Positions 19,564-28,714 of a stretch of DNA of 64,000 nt are shown here, piece by piece. The translations under genes and the position numbers were made by a program. The notes under the pieces were generated by a model that worked only from the letters and a program-made list of their open reading frames with translations, had not been told where the DNA came from and did not search any database. Numbering within the stretch: the stretch's first letter is position 1; each line of letters opens with the position of its first letter. Source of the DNA: an uncultured Thermoanaerobaculia bacterium (lineage in GTDB: Bacteria > Acidobacteriota > Thermoanaerobaculia > Thermoanaerobaculales > Sulfomarinibacteraceae); contig CAYQTL010000005.1 in the NCBI GenBank assembly GCA_964420405.1, positions 8,548 through 72,547 on the forward strand, in the 5' to 3' direction.

Positions 19564-19660
19564 ATGAGGCTATGGACGGGTGGTCCCGTGGACGCTTTCG
19601 ACCCGCCTTCGTCCTGCGTTCGATGACAAAGATCCCGCCCCTGCTCGCACAGGGACGGGC

Positions 19661-19689
19661 AGAGTAGCAACCGCCCCGACGGCTGTCAA
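19661..19689 (-). promoter_or_regulatory. Candidate sigma70-type promoter for the tRNA-Val pair (and possibly thrS): TTGACA-17 nt-TACTCT
   Basis: On the minus strand, TTGACA (19689-19684), 17-nt spacer, TACTCT (19666-19661), about 90 nt upstream of the first tRNA. Confidence 0.45.
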
Positions 19690-19695
19690 CACGGG

Positions 19696-21420
19696 TCACG
19701 GCCTCCCGACCGGGACGACCCGGCTCACGACGGCGTCGAGCAGCTGCCGGGCGCGGCGGTTGCCGGGATCGACCCTGAGCGCCCGCTCGAGCTCGGCCAC
19801 CACGACCCGGGGGTCGGCCTCGCCCGACACGATCGTCTCGAGCTGGTGGTCGACGCTGTCGGGGTACAGATGCCGGTACTCGTGCCGTGCGACGAGCGCC
19901 GAGGCCTCGGGCGTCCGCCGCACCATCACCATCGCGGTGTCGTCGAAGTAGACCAGCGCCCAGCTCGAGCGGGGGAACTGCGCCGCCGTGTAGGGCCGCT
20001 CCACCACCCGGTCCGGCCCGCCCTCCGGGTCCACCAGCCGCACCCTGAGCGGGCGGTCCGCGTAGCCGAGCAGCGCGTGGCCGACATCGAGCTCGTCGAG
20101 CATGCGGCGCCATTCGTGGCTGTCGCGCTTGGCGCGGTCGAGCCTCCACGCGAGCTCGAGGAAGACCTCGTTGCGACCGTCCATGAAGATCCGCGTCTCC
20201 GGGAACAGCCGCCACGTCAGCCAGCCGCCGAACTTATAGGTATTGAGGATGTTGCCGGGAGGATCCTCGGCCTCGAGGAACGCGGTCGCCGCGACGGGGA
20301 TCTGCAAGCGGTCGATGCCGAGCCCGGGCCGGAACTGGTAGCCGCCCAGCGGCAGCGCCGCCGCCGTCCCAACCAGGACCGCACCCGCCACCGCCGGCCG
20401 GATGCCCGCCAGCCGCGGCGTCGCGCAGGCCCCGGCCGGCCGCTGGATCCTGGCCAGCAGCAGCGGCGCGAGAACCCCGAGCAGGCCGAGGCCGCGGGCG
20501 TGGCGGACGGCGAGGATCGCCACCATCGCCAGCGGCAGGACCGCCGCCCAGTCGAGGCGGCGCCAGCGGGCCGCGACGAGGGCGGCCGCCGCCAGCAGGA
20601 GGCCGACCGCGACCCAGTGGGCGCCTGGATCGAGGGGCTGCCACTCGGCGTTGAGGTACGGCCCGTCGCGCATCAGCGCCGTGAGCTCGAACGGGACCAC
20701 CAGCACGTGGACGCCGAAGGGGTTGAGGAGGCACGCCGCAGTGGAGGCGGCGAGCAGCCCGCCGAGCACGGGCGCCGACGGGGTGCCCGGGGGCGACGGC
20801 GCGGCGAGCCCGCGGGGGGCGAGCACGCCGTTGAGCACGGTCCCGGCGAGGACCGCCGCGAGGACCAGCAGACCGCTGATCGCGCCGGCGTGGAGGTTGG
20901 CCCACGGCACGAACAGCAGCGGCAGCCACCACAGCTCCCGCCAGCCCGCCCGCTGCCGGTCGGTCCGCAGCACCGCGACCGCCAGGACCACGGCGGCGAG
21001 CAGGGTCAGCAGCTCCGGCCGGACCAGGAACCGGACACGCGCCACCAGCAGCAGCGGCGGGACCAGCAGGACGGCGGCGGCCGGGGTGGGTATGCCGGCC
21101 TCGCGGCGGACGAAGCGAAGCACGACCAGGCTGATCGCAACGACCACCGCGACCCGCAGGACGGTCAGGCCCGCGACGCCGCCGAGCTCGTGGACGCCGT
21201 AGGCGAGCAGCTGGAACAGCCACTCGTGGTCGATCCAGCGGGCGCCGAGTGCGGTGTAGGAGAACGGGTCCGTGCGGGGGATCGCCCGCTCCGCCACGAT
21301 GAAGCGGCCGGCCGCCAGGTGCCACCACAGGTCGAAGCTGACCAGGGGGAACAGGGCAGAGGCCGCAGCGGTTGCGCCGAGCAGGATCGTCGCGACGCGG
21401 GAACCGGGTTCGGACCTCAC
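19696..21420 (-). CDS. Large polytopic membrane protein, putative GT-C-type glycosyltransferase with periplasmic C-terminal domain
   Basis: 574 aa. Start DLWWHLAAGRFI...DPFSYT...WIDHEWLFQLL followed by about 12 hydrophobic helices, then a soluble TPR-like tail. Function is by resemblance only. Confidence 0.75.
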   Translation of the reverse strand: MRSEPGSRVATILLGATAAASALFPLVSFDLWWHLAAGRFIVAERAIPRTDPFSYTALGARWIDHEWLFQLLAYGVHELGGVAGLTVLRVAVVVAISLVVLRFVRREAGIPTPAAAVLLVPPLLLVARVRFLVRPELLTLLAAVVLAVAVLRTDRQRAGWRELWWLPLLFVPWANLHAGAISGLLVLAAVLAGTVLNGVLAPRGLAAPSPPGTPSAPVLGGLLAASTAACLLNPFGVHVLVVPFELTALMRDGPYLNAEWQPLDPGAHWVAVGLLLAAAALVAARWRRLDWAAVLPLAMVAILAVRHARGLGLLGVLAPLLLARIQRPAGACATPRLAGIRPAVAGAVLVGTAAALPLGGYQFRPGLGIDRLQIPVAATAFLEAEDPPGNILNTYKFGGWLTWRLFPETRIFMDGRNEVFLELAWRLDRAKRDSHEWRRMLDELDVGHALLGYADRPLRVRLVDPEGGPDRVVERPYTAAQFPRSSWALVYFDDTAMVMVRRTPEASALVARHEYRHLYPDSVDHQLETIVSGEADPRVVVAELERALRVDPGNRRARQLLDAVVSRVVPVGRP

Positions 21421-21482
21421 GACAGGTGCTCTGGACGGCGACGGTACCGGCGGGTCCGTGAGGGTGTCAACGGAGGGGACCG

Positions 21483-21758
21483 ATGGACGACCGGTGGGTG
21501 GTGGTGGAAACGGTGCAGGGGATGGCCGACGAGCATCAGGTGGTGGCGTTCCTCGAGGCCCACGGCATCCCGACCTCGGTCCGGGGCGAGGCGCTGCGCT
21601 GGACCCACGGCTTCACCCTCGACGGCCTCGGCGAGGTCCGTATCCAGGTGCCCGCCGAGCATGCCGAGGAGGCCCGCGACCTGCTCCGGCGCGTCCGCAG
21701 CGGCGAGCTCGCCCTCGCGGACGAGGCCGGGGAGACCGACCCCCCGGCGACCGACTGA
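21483..21758 (+). CDS. DUF2007-like small protein (putative signal-transducing fold)
   Basis: WVVVETVQGMADEHQVVAFLEAHGIPTSVRGE...VRIQVPAEHAEEARDLL, the pattern typical of DUF2007. Confidence 0.7.
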   Translation: MDDRWVVVETVQGMADEHQVVAFLEAHGIPTSVRGEALRWTHGFTLDGLGEVRIQVPAEHAEEARDLLRRVRSGELALADEAGETDPPATD

Positions 21759-21765
21759 GACCGAC

Positions 21766-23535
21766 TCACCCGGACGGCCGCGCCCGCTTGCGGACCAGCA
21801 GGCGATCGACCACCAGATGGTCGAGCCCCGACCGCCGCAGCACGTCGACGGCGTCGGCCGCGCCCATCACGATCGGCCACCCGTGCAGGTTGAACGACGT
21901 GTTCAGCACCACCGGGCGGCCGGTGCGAGCGGCGAACTCGGAGACCAGCCGGTGCAGGCCCGGGCTCGTCTCCCGGCGCACGATCTGGGCCCGCGACGTC
22001 AGGTCGTGGGCGTGGACCCCGGCGATGAACTCGTCGCGCCGCGCTGTGGTATCGAAGGTGTGCATCATGAACGGCGACACCTCGCCGGCGGGAAGTGTCG
22101 GCGGGATCCGCAGCAGCGCTGCGGCGTGCTCGGCCAGCACCGCCGGCGCGAACGGCATCCAGAAGTCACGCTGCTTGATCATCCGGTTGATCCGCGGCAC
22201 CACCCGGGGATCCGACGGGTCGGCCAGGATCGAGCGGTTGCCCAGTGCCCTGGCGCCGAACTCCATCCGCCCGCTGCACCGCGCGACCACCTCGCCCGCC
22301 GCGAGCAGCCCCGCCACCTCGGCTTCGGGGTCGCTCAGCTCGACCAGCTCGAGGTCGGGGTCGGCGCGCAGGTCGTCGAGGACGTCTTCGAGGTCGCGCG
22401 ACGCCTCCGGGCCCAGGTAGAGATGGTCGAGCCGCAGCCGGTCCCGGACCTCCGGCACCAGATCGGCCAGCACCGACCATGCGGCTCCGAACGGCAGCGT
22501 CTCGTCGCCGCACGACGGGAAGACGTCGAAGTAGTCGACGCAGTCGAGCCGCGCGATGCGCGCGTTCGCCTTGACGTTCATGAACACGCCGCCGGCGCCC
22601 ACCACCGCGCGGACGCCGGTGGCGCGGACCGCCGACTCCACCCAGCGGCACATGAGCTCCTCGGTGAACAGCTGCAGGCCGCCGGCGAAGGTGTCGAAGC
22701 GGACCCGCTCGAAGTCGCGCAGCATCCTCCGCTGCAGCTCGAAGGTCGGCTCCGGGGTGCGCCGGCGGAAGCGAATCGGCTGCTCGGGGTCGAGGTCCAG
22801 GTAGCGCGCGAACCGCTCGGCGACCGGGGCGGTGTGCCGCGACGACGGGTACGCGGCGAGCCCCATGAGCTTGTACTCGTGCTCGTGGGGCGTCATGCCG
22901 GCGACCTGCGTCGCGATCGAGTAGACGTTGCCGATCGAATGGCCGACCGGGGTCGACGCGACCAGCTCCAGCTCCCCGTCGCGGGCACGGTAGACGTGAG
23001 CGCAGTCGCCGTCCCCGCCACCGTCGAGGGTCAGCACCAGGTGCGGCGACTCGGGGTCCCGCCGGCGGCCGAAGTAGGCGGCCGCGGCGTGGTGGCGGTG
23101 GTGGTGGCCGCGCACAAGAGGCGCTCCTCCGAGGCCGTGCTCCGCCAGGGCCGCCTCGACCCTCCGGTTGCCCGCGGCTGCGGCGCTGCGGCGGCGGGAG
23201 GCCAGCAGGGCGGGCGGCAGCGCCTCCCGCAGCCTCCGGCGCAGCCGCCGCTGCACGCCGGCGGCGCCGCCCCGGGCCCGCTGCTCGTACACCGCCAGGA
23301 ACCCCTCGCGGTCGAGCGACGGGCTGTCGAGGTTCGACAGCGCCACCGCCAGGACGTCGCCGGGCCGGACGCCGGCGTCGGCGAGCGCCATGTCGAGGGC
23401 CCGATGCGGGAAGCCGTGGTACTCCTTGACCCGGTTGACGCGCTCCTCCTGCAGCGCGTACCTCAGCTCGCCGGACTCGGCGGCGACCACCACCGAGCCG
23501 TTGATCCCTTCGTTGATCGCGATCACGTAGCGCAT
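21766..23535 (-). CDS. Carbamoyltransferase (NodU/CmcH family)
   Basis: MRYVIAINEGINGSVVVAAESGELRYALQEERVNRVKEYHGFP...LNTSFNLHGWPIV. The ATG overlaps the upstream GT4 stop by 1 nt. Confidence 0.9.
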   Translation of the reverse strand: MRYVIAINEGINGSVVVAAESGELRYALQEERVNRVKEYHGFPHRALDMALADAGVRPGDVLAVALSNLDSPSLDREGFLAVYEQRARGGAAGVQRRLRRRLREALPPALLASRRRSAAAAGNRRVEAALAEHGLGGAPLVRGHHHRHHAAAAYFGRRRDPESPHLVLTLDGGGDGDCAHVYRARDGELELVASTPVGHSIGNVYSIATQVAGMTPHEHEYKLMGLAAYPSSRHTAPVAERFARYLDLDPEQPIRFRRRTPEPTFELQRRMLRDFERVRFDTFAGGLQLFTEELMCRWVESAVRATGVRAVVGAGGVFMNVKANARIARLDCVDYFDVFPSCGDETLPFGAAWSVLADLVPEVRDRLRLDHLYLGPEASRDLEDVLDDLRADPDLELVELSDPEAEVAGLLAAGEVVARCSGRMEFGARALGNRSILADPSDPRVVPRINRMIKQRDFWMPFAPAVLAEHAAALLRIPPTLPAGEVSPFMMHTFDTTARRDEFIAGVHAHDLTSRAQIVRRETSPGLHRLVSEFAARTGRPVVLNTSFNLHGWPIVMGAADAVDVLRRSGLDHLVVDRLLVRKRARPSG

Positions 23536-24809
23536 CACACCCCTGCGGGCGGCCCCTCGCCGGGCCGGGCCCCGCCGAGTGTAGCAACGGTCCGACGCAG
23601 GAAGCGGTCGAGCTCTCCCGCCCGGACCGCGACCGAGTGGCGCTCGACCGCCCGCTCGTCGCGGCGCGGCCGCCCCGGCAGCGGCGCGGCCGACGCCACC
23701 GCCTCGAGCGCGGCCCGCAGGGCGCCGGGGTCGTCCGGCGCCACCGTGATCCCGCAACCGGTGTCGCGCAGGATCTCAGCGGCGAAGCCGGCGGGCGCCA
23801 CCGCCAGCACCGGCGGGCCGGCAGCCAGGTACTCGAAGAGCTTGCCGGGTGCGACGCTCGGCCGGCGGGGGGAGGCCACCAGCAGCAGCGCGTCGGCGGC
23901 CCGTTCGAAGGCCAGGCAGCGGCGCCGGTCGACGACGCCGTGGTCGACGAGGACGCCGGCCGCGCGCAGCCCGCCGAGGCGTCTGCGCTCGCCGATGGTG
24001 AGCCGGCCGAGCTGGTGCATGTGGAGTCTCTGCGGTCCCCGGTCGTCGCCGGCGACCTGCTCGAGGGCCGCCGCCACCGGCGTCAGGTCGCAGTCCGGAT
24101 CGGACGCCGCGATCCCCCCGGCGTGCACCAGGTGGCGGACGCCGGGCTCGAGCGTCACCGGCGGCAGGCCGGTGAGGTCGTCGGGATCCCAGCCGTTGGG
24201 GATCGCCGTCACCGGCGCGGCGGCGCCGCGCCGCCGGAGGTGCTCGGCGTGATCCGGATGGGCGGCGACGATCCCGGCGGCATGCTCGAGCACCGCGCTC
24301 TCGAGTCGCCGGTAGCGGCGGCGCACCGCCCGATAGCGCCGCAACCGGGACGCCTCGATGGGCTCGAACAGGAGACCGTCCCGGAGGTCGGCGACCAGAG
24401 GCGGACCGCCGGCGGCCGCCAGCTCGAGGCCGGCCTCGAGGGTCTCCGCAGGCGGGTACGTGGCGAGCACAAGGTCGAACGGGGAGCACCCGTCGAGCGC
24501 CCGGGCGGCCGCGAGCAGCCGCCGTCGCCACGGGGTGTAGACCGACACCGGCCAGCCGACCCGGTTGGCGGCCTCCACCGCGAGCCGCATCCCCAGCCAC
24601 TGCAAGGCACGGACTCCCCGGCGGTTCCGGTTGTGGCTCGGGTCGGCCACCCGGACGACCCCGTCGCCGGCGTCGGGCCCGCCGTATCCCGCCGCCAGCA
24701 CGGTGACGTCGTGGCCGAGGTCTCCGAGCCGGCGCGCCATCCATCGCGGCCGCTGCGACCCTCCCCCGGGAATCGGCGGGTAGTAGTAGGCCAGCAGCAG
24801 GATCCTCAC
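23535..24809 (-). CDS. Glycosyltransferase family 4 (GT-B fold)
   Basis: VRILLLAYYYPPIPGGGSQRPRWMARRLGDLGHDVTVL... and C-terminal EYLAAGPPVLAV. GTG start. Confidence 0.88.
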   Translation of the reverse strand: MRILLLAYYYPPIPGGGSQRPRWMARRLGDLGHDVTVLAAGYGGPDAGDGVVRVADPSHNRNRRGVRALQWLGMRLAVEAANRVGWPVSVYTPWRRRLLAAARALDGCSPFDLVLATYPPAETLEAGLELAAAGGPPLVADLRDGLLFEPIEASRLRRYRAVRRRYRRLESAVLEHAAGIVAAHPDHAEHLRRRGAAAPVTAIPNGWDPDDLTGLPPVTLEPGVRHLVHAGGIAASDPDCDLTPVAAALEQVAGDDRGPQRLHMHQLGRLTIGERRRLGGLRAAGVLVDHGVVDRRRCLAFERAADALLLVASPRRPSVAPGKLFEYLAAGPPVLAVAPAGFAAEILRDTGCGITVAPDDPGALRAALEAVASAAPLPGRPRRDERAVERHSVAVRAGELDRFLRRTVATLGGARPGEGPPAGV

Positions 24810-24821
24810 AGGATCCTCATG

Positions 24822-26585
24822 TCACCCGCGCCGCCTCACCTCGAGGCCCAGGTCGGCGAGCTGCGCGGGATCGACCGCGGACGGCGCCGCCGTCATCAGG
24901 CAGGTGGCCGAGGTGGTCTTGGGGAACGGGATCACCTCCCGGATCGACTCGCGACCCGCCATCAGCATCACCATCCGGTCGAGCCCGAGGGCGAGGCCGC
25001 CGTGGGGCGGCACGCCGTAGCGGAACGCCTCGAGCAGGAATCCGAACCGTTCGCGGGCCTCCTCGGGTCCGATTCCCAGCACCGCGAACATCCGCCGCTG
25101 CAGGTCGGCGTCGTGGATCCGGATCGATCCCCCGCCGAGCTCGACGCCGTCCATCACCACGTCGTACGCCCGCGCCCGCACCGCCGCAGGGTCGGTCTCG
25201 AGCCGCTCCAGGTCGGCCTCCACCGGCGCCGTGAACGGGTGGTGCATGGCGTAGTAGCGGGCGTCGTCGGGATCCCACTCGAGCAGCGGGAAGTCGGTCA
25301 CCCACAGGAAGTCGTGGCGCCCCGCGGGCACCAGGCCGCGCTCGCGGGCGAGGGCCAGCCGCAGCGCCCCGAGCGCGGCGAGCGTGACTCTCTCTGGCGC
25401 GCCGACCACCAGCAGGGCGTCGCCCTCGGCGGCGCCGGCCGCGTCGAGAAGACGGCGGCAGCCGTCCTCGCCCAGGGCCTTCTTCGCCGGCGAGGAGACG
25501 CCGTCCGCCGCCCGCTTGAACCACAGCAGACCGGCGGCTCCGTACGGCCGCACCACCTCGGCGAGGTCGTCGAGCTGACGGCGCGACAGCTCGGCGCCGC
25601 CTTGCAGCACCACTCCCTTGACGCGGCCGGTTGCGGCGGCGTCCTCGAGCACCCGGAAGCCGCATCCCGGGCACAGCGGCCCCAGCTCGACCAGCTCGAG
25701 CCCGAAGCGGGTGTCGGGGCGGTCACTGCCGAAACGCTCCATCGCCTCGTCGTAGCGCATCCGCGGGAACCGCTCCGGCGGGTGAATGCCGGCCAGCGGG
25801 AACAGCCGTCCGAACAGCCGCTCGATCAGGACGTAGACGTCCTCCTCGGTGATGAACGACGCCTCGAGGTCGATCTGCGAGAACTCGGGCTGGCGGTCGG
25901 CCCGCAGATCCTCGTCCCGGAAGCAGCGGGCGATCTGTACGTAGCGGCCCACGCCCGCCACCTGCAGCAGCTGCTTGAACAGCTGGGGCGACTGCGGCAG
26001 GGCGTAGAACGCGCCCCAATGGACCCGGGACGGCACGAGGAAGTCGCGCGCTCCCTCGGGGGTCGAGCGGGTGAGGATCGGCGTCTCGACCTCCAGGAAG
26101 TCCATCTCGTCGAAGAAGCGGCGCGCCTCCGCCACCACCCGGTGCCGCAGCACCAGGCTCGACATCATCGCCGGCCGGCGAAGGTCCAGCGTGCGGTGGA
26201 CGAGCCGAAGCTCCTCGGACGCGGAGGTCGCGTCCTCGACGACGAACGGCGGCGTCTCGGCCTCGTTGAGAAGCTCGAGGGACGTGACCCGGACCTCGAC
26301 CTCGCCGCTCGCCAGCTCCGGGTTGGACTGCCCCTCCGCCCGCACCCGCACCTCGCCCCGCGCGAGGACGACGTCCTCCGGCGACAGCCGCTCGCCGGTC
26401 GCCACCAGGTCGTCCTCGAACACCAGCTGCAGCAGACCGGTGCGGTCCCGCAGGTCGACGAACACCAGCCCGCCGAGATCCCGCCGGCGGCGGACCCATC
26501 CCACCACCTCGACCTCGTCGCCGATCCGATCGCGTCCGAGGCTCGCGCACCACGGTCGCTCCCACGCGCTCTGCCGCCCCGTCAT
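24822..26585 (-). CDS. aspS: Aspartate--tRNA ligase
   Basis: OB domain VVGWVRRRRDLGGLVFVDLRDRTG, then FRDEDLRADRQPEFSQID and GGGSIRIH. 587 aa. ATG 26585 chosen within ORF 24822..26789. Confidence 0.96.
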   Translation of the reverse strand: MTGRQSAWERPWCASLGRDRIGDEVEVVGWVRRRRDLGGLVFVDLRDRTGLLQLVFEDDLVATGERLSPEDVVLARGEVRVRAEGQSNPELASGEVEVRVTSLELLNEAETPPFVVEDATSASEELRLVHRTLDLRRPAMMSSLVLRHRVVAEARRFFDEMDFLEVETPILTRSTPEGARDFLVPSRVHWGAFYALPQSPQLFKQLLQVAGVGRYVQIARCFRDEDLRADRQPEFSQIDLEASFITEEDVYVLIERLFGRLFPLAGIHPPERFPRMRYDEAMERFGSDRPDTRFGLELVELGPLCPGCGFRVLEDAAATGRVKGVVLQGGAELSRRQLDDLAEVVRPYGAAGLLWFKRAADGVSSPAKKALGEDGCRRLLDAAGAAEGDALLVVGAPERVTLAALGALRLALARERGLVPAGRHDFLWVTDFPLLEWDPDDARYYAMHHPFTAPVEADLERLETDPAAVRARAYDVVMDGVELGGGSIRIHDADLQRRMFAVLGIGPEEARERFGFLLEAFRYGVPPHGGLALGLDRMVMLMAGRESIREVIPFPKTTSATCLMTAAPSAVDPAQLADLGLEVRRRG

Positions 26586-26602
26586 CGCCCCGTCCTCTCC
26601 TT

Positions 26603-26626
26603 CCCGTTCCCGATCCCGATCCCGAC
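26603..26626 (-). repeat. Hexamer array GTC-GGGATC-GGGATC-GGGAAC-GGGAA (G-rich on the aspS sense strand), G-quadruplex-capable
   Basis: Four G3 tracts separated by 3-nt loops, ending 17 nt upstream of the aspS ATG and running into the SD AAGGAGAGG. Sits in the 47-nt hisS-aspS spacer. Confidence 0.9.
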
Positions 26627-26632
26627 GGGAGA

Positions 26633-27892
26633 CTACCCCACGAGCACCCGCCGCACGGCATCCACGACGCCGTCCACCGGGACCGTCTCCTGCTCCCCCG
26701 CCCCCAGGTCCCGCACCACCACCGTACCGGCCTCGAGCTCGGCCTCGCCGACGATCAACACCGCCGACGCCCCCATCTTGCCGGCCCACTTGAGGCCCGC
26801 CTTGAGCGACCGTCCCGTGACCTCGGCGCGGACCGCGACGCCGGCGTCCACCAGCCGTCGAGCGATCCCGAGCGCCCCGGCCGCGGCATCGTCGCCCACC
26901 GGCAGCACCGCCACGGTGGGCCGCTCCAGCACCCGGGCGCGGAAGCTCTCCGGCAGGACGTCGACCAGTCGGTCCTCGCCGATGGCGAAGCCGATCCCTG
27001 GCACCGCCGGTCCGCCGAGGTCGGCGATCAGGCGGTCGTACCGGCCACCGCCGCAGATCACGGTGTCCTCTCCGAGCTCCGGGGACACCACCTCGAAAAC
27101 GGTCCGCAGGTAGTAGTCGAGACCGCGCACCAGCCGCGGCGCACGCCGCACCGTCAGGCCGACCGCCTCCAGCCCCCGCTCCACCTGCGAGACGTGCTCA
27201 CGGGCGGCATCCGACACGACCTCCGCGATCGGGGTGGTGTCGGCCACCAGCTCACGGCAGCGGGGGACCTTGCAGTCGAGGATCCGGAGCGGGTTCTCGG
27301 ACCACCGGCGCCGGCAGTCGGCGCACAGCTCGTCGCGGTGCGGCTCCAGCTCGGAGAGCAGCCCGGCGACGAACCTCGCCCGGTCGTCCGGATCGCCGAG
27401 GTTGTTGAGCACGATCTCGAGGTCGTCGAAGCCGAGCCGCTCGAGGAAGGTGGTCAGCGCCAGCAGCACCTCGACGTCGGCCTGGGGGGCGGCGGCGCCG
27501 AGCAGCTCGATGCCGATCTGCGAGAACTGCCGGTAGCGGCCGCGCTGCATCTTCTCGTAGCGGAACATGGGACCGAGATATGCCAGCCGGACCGGCTGCG
27601 GCCACTGCCCGAGGCCGTTCTCGAGGAATGCCCGGGCGACGCCCGCGGTGCCCTCCGGCCGCAGCGTCAGCGACCGTCCCTTGCGGTCGGTGAAGGTGTA
27701 CATCTCCTTCGACACGATGTCGGTCCCCTCGCCGACCGTGCGGACGAACAGCTCGGTGGGCTCCGCGATCGGGATCCGGATCTCGTCGTAGCCGAACCCT
27801 CCGAAGACGGCCGCCGCCTCCGCCTCCACCGCCGCCCACAGGCGCGTCTCCGGCGGCAGGATGTCGCGCGTGCCCTTGACCCTCTGGATCAC
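26633..27892 (-). CDS. hisS: Histidine--tRNA ligase
   Basis: VKGTRDILPPE, LRPEGTAGVARA, FRYEKMQRGRYRQFSQIG and GGGRYD motifs. The GTG start overlaps the upstream stop (GTGA). Confidence 0.95.
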   Translation of the reverse strand: MIQRVKGTRDILPPETRLWAAVEAEAAAVFGGFGYDEIRIPIAEPTELFVRTVGEGTDIVSKEMYTFTDRKGRSLTLRPEGTAGVARAFLENGLGQWPQPVRLAYLGPMFRYEKMQRGRYRQFSQIGIELLGAAAPQADVEVLLALTTFLERLGFDDLEIVLNNLGDPDDRARFVAGLLSELEPHRDELCADCRRRWSENPLRILDCKVPRCRELVADTTPIAEVVSDAAREHVSQVERGLEAVGLTVRRAPRLVRGLDYYLRTVFEVVSPELGEDTVICGGGRYDRLIADLGGPAVPGIGFAIGEDRLVDVLPESFRARVLERPTVAVLPVGDDAAAGALGIARRLVDAGVAVRAEVTGRSLKAGLKWAGKMGASAVLIVGEAELEAGTVVVRDLGAGEQETVPVDGVVDAVRRVLVG

Positions 27893-28437
27893 CTGTCCTC
27901 CCCGGCATCCGGCGCGGCGCCGACGCCCGCGGCGAGGTAACGGCTCTTGTAGTCCAGGTAGTTCCGGGCGGTGCGCAGCGCCCGCTCGGCCTCGTCGTCG
28001 GCGAGCGGCCGCTTGACCACCGCCGGCACCCCCGCCACCAGCGACCGCGGTGGGCAGCGGAACCCCTCCCGCAGCACCGCGCCGGCCGCCACGATCGACC
28101 CGGCGCCGACGTCCGCGCGGTTGAGCACCAGCGCGCCCATCCCCACGAGCGTCCCGCGTCGCACGGTGCAGCCGTGCAGCACCGCACCGTGGCCGACGCT
28201 GACCTCCTCCTCGAGGACCGTCGGGTAGAGACCCTTCTCGACGTGGACCACGACGCCGTCCTGGAGGTTCGACCGGGCGCCGATCCGCACCGGATGGATG
28301 TCGCCCCGGACCACGACGTGGAACCACAGCGACACGTCGTCGCCGAGCTCGACGTCGCCGACCACCACCGAGGTCGGCGCCAGGAACACCCGCGCGCCGA
28401 GGCGCGGCGTCAGACCTTCGAACGGCTGCACAAGCAT
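27889..28437 (-). CDS. Gamma-class carbonic anhydrase-like / left-handed beta-helix (YrdA/PaaY-like) protein
   Basis: Hexapeptide-repeat protein: VFLAPTSVVVGDVELGDDVSLWFHVVVRGD...IGARSNLQDGVVVH. Start uncertain (ATG 28437 or GTG 28461). Confidence 0.85.
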   Translation of the reverse strand: MLVQPFEGLTPRLGARVFLAPTSVVVGDVELGDDVSLWFHVVVRGDIHPVRIGARSNLQDGVVVHVEKGLYPTVLEEEVSVGHGAVLHGCTVRRGTLVGMGALVLNRADVGAGSIVAAGAVLREGFRCPPRSLVAGVPAVVKRPLADDEAERALRTARNYLDYKSRYLAAGVGAAPDAGEDR

Positions 28438-28678
28438 GTCGGAGACCGGCGGGACCGCCACCGCCGCAGGGCCGCGACGCTACCACAGGGCCGTCGCGCC
28501 CGGCAACCGCCAACGGCCACGAAACGCGGCAGTTGTGGATCGCGCCGCCAGAGCTGGCCGAGACAACAGCCCGCGATTCAATGAGATATGCCTAAGTATC
28601 TGAAAAATCACGGGTTCCGCGTATCGCCTGGGGACGCCCCCGAGGCTCCGAAGTCGTTGCGTTTACACTCGCTTAACC

Positions 28679-28714
28679 GGTTTTCCACAGGGTTTTCCGC
28701 AGGGTTTTCCACAG
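28679..28714 (+). promoter_or_regulatory. Three tandem DnaA-box-like 9-mers with 12-bp phasing (TTTTCCACA / TTTTCCGCA / TTTTCCACA)
   Basis: GGTTTTCCACAG-GGTTTTCCGCAG-GGTTTTCCACAG. Boxes at 28681-28689, 28693-28701 and 28705-28713. An inverted 7/9 box (CGATCCACA) lies at 28534-28542, and an AT-rich patch at about 28575-28615. Confidence 0.55.

Noticed and set aside
19846-24252. Very long ORFs (for example 1468 aa at 19846..24252 +, 1158 aa at 23637..27113 +, 974 aa at 13068..15992 +, 919 aa at 3993..6752 -, and the N-terminal two thirds of 35572..38727 -)
   Set aside because: They run antisense to, or out of frame with, genes that have unmistakable conserved motifs (carbamoyltransferase, aspS, pheT, trxB/def, truA/uppS). 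Their translations are Arg/Pro/Gly/Ala-rich low-complexity strings. This is the usual shadow-ORF artefact of stop-codon-poor, high-GC DNA.
28679-28714. CRISPR array (12-mer and 6-mer tandem repeats)
   Set aside because: The units are 6-12 nt and directly abutting, with no unique spacers of 25-40 nt. No cas genes are present in the window.
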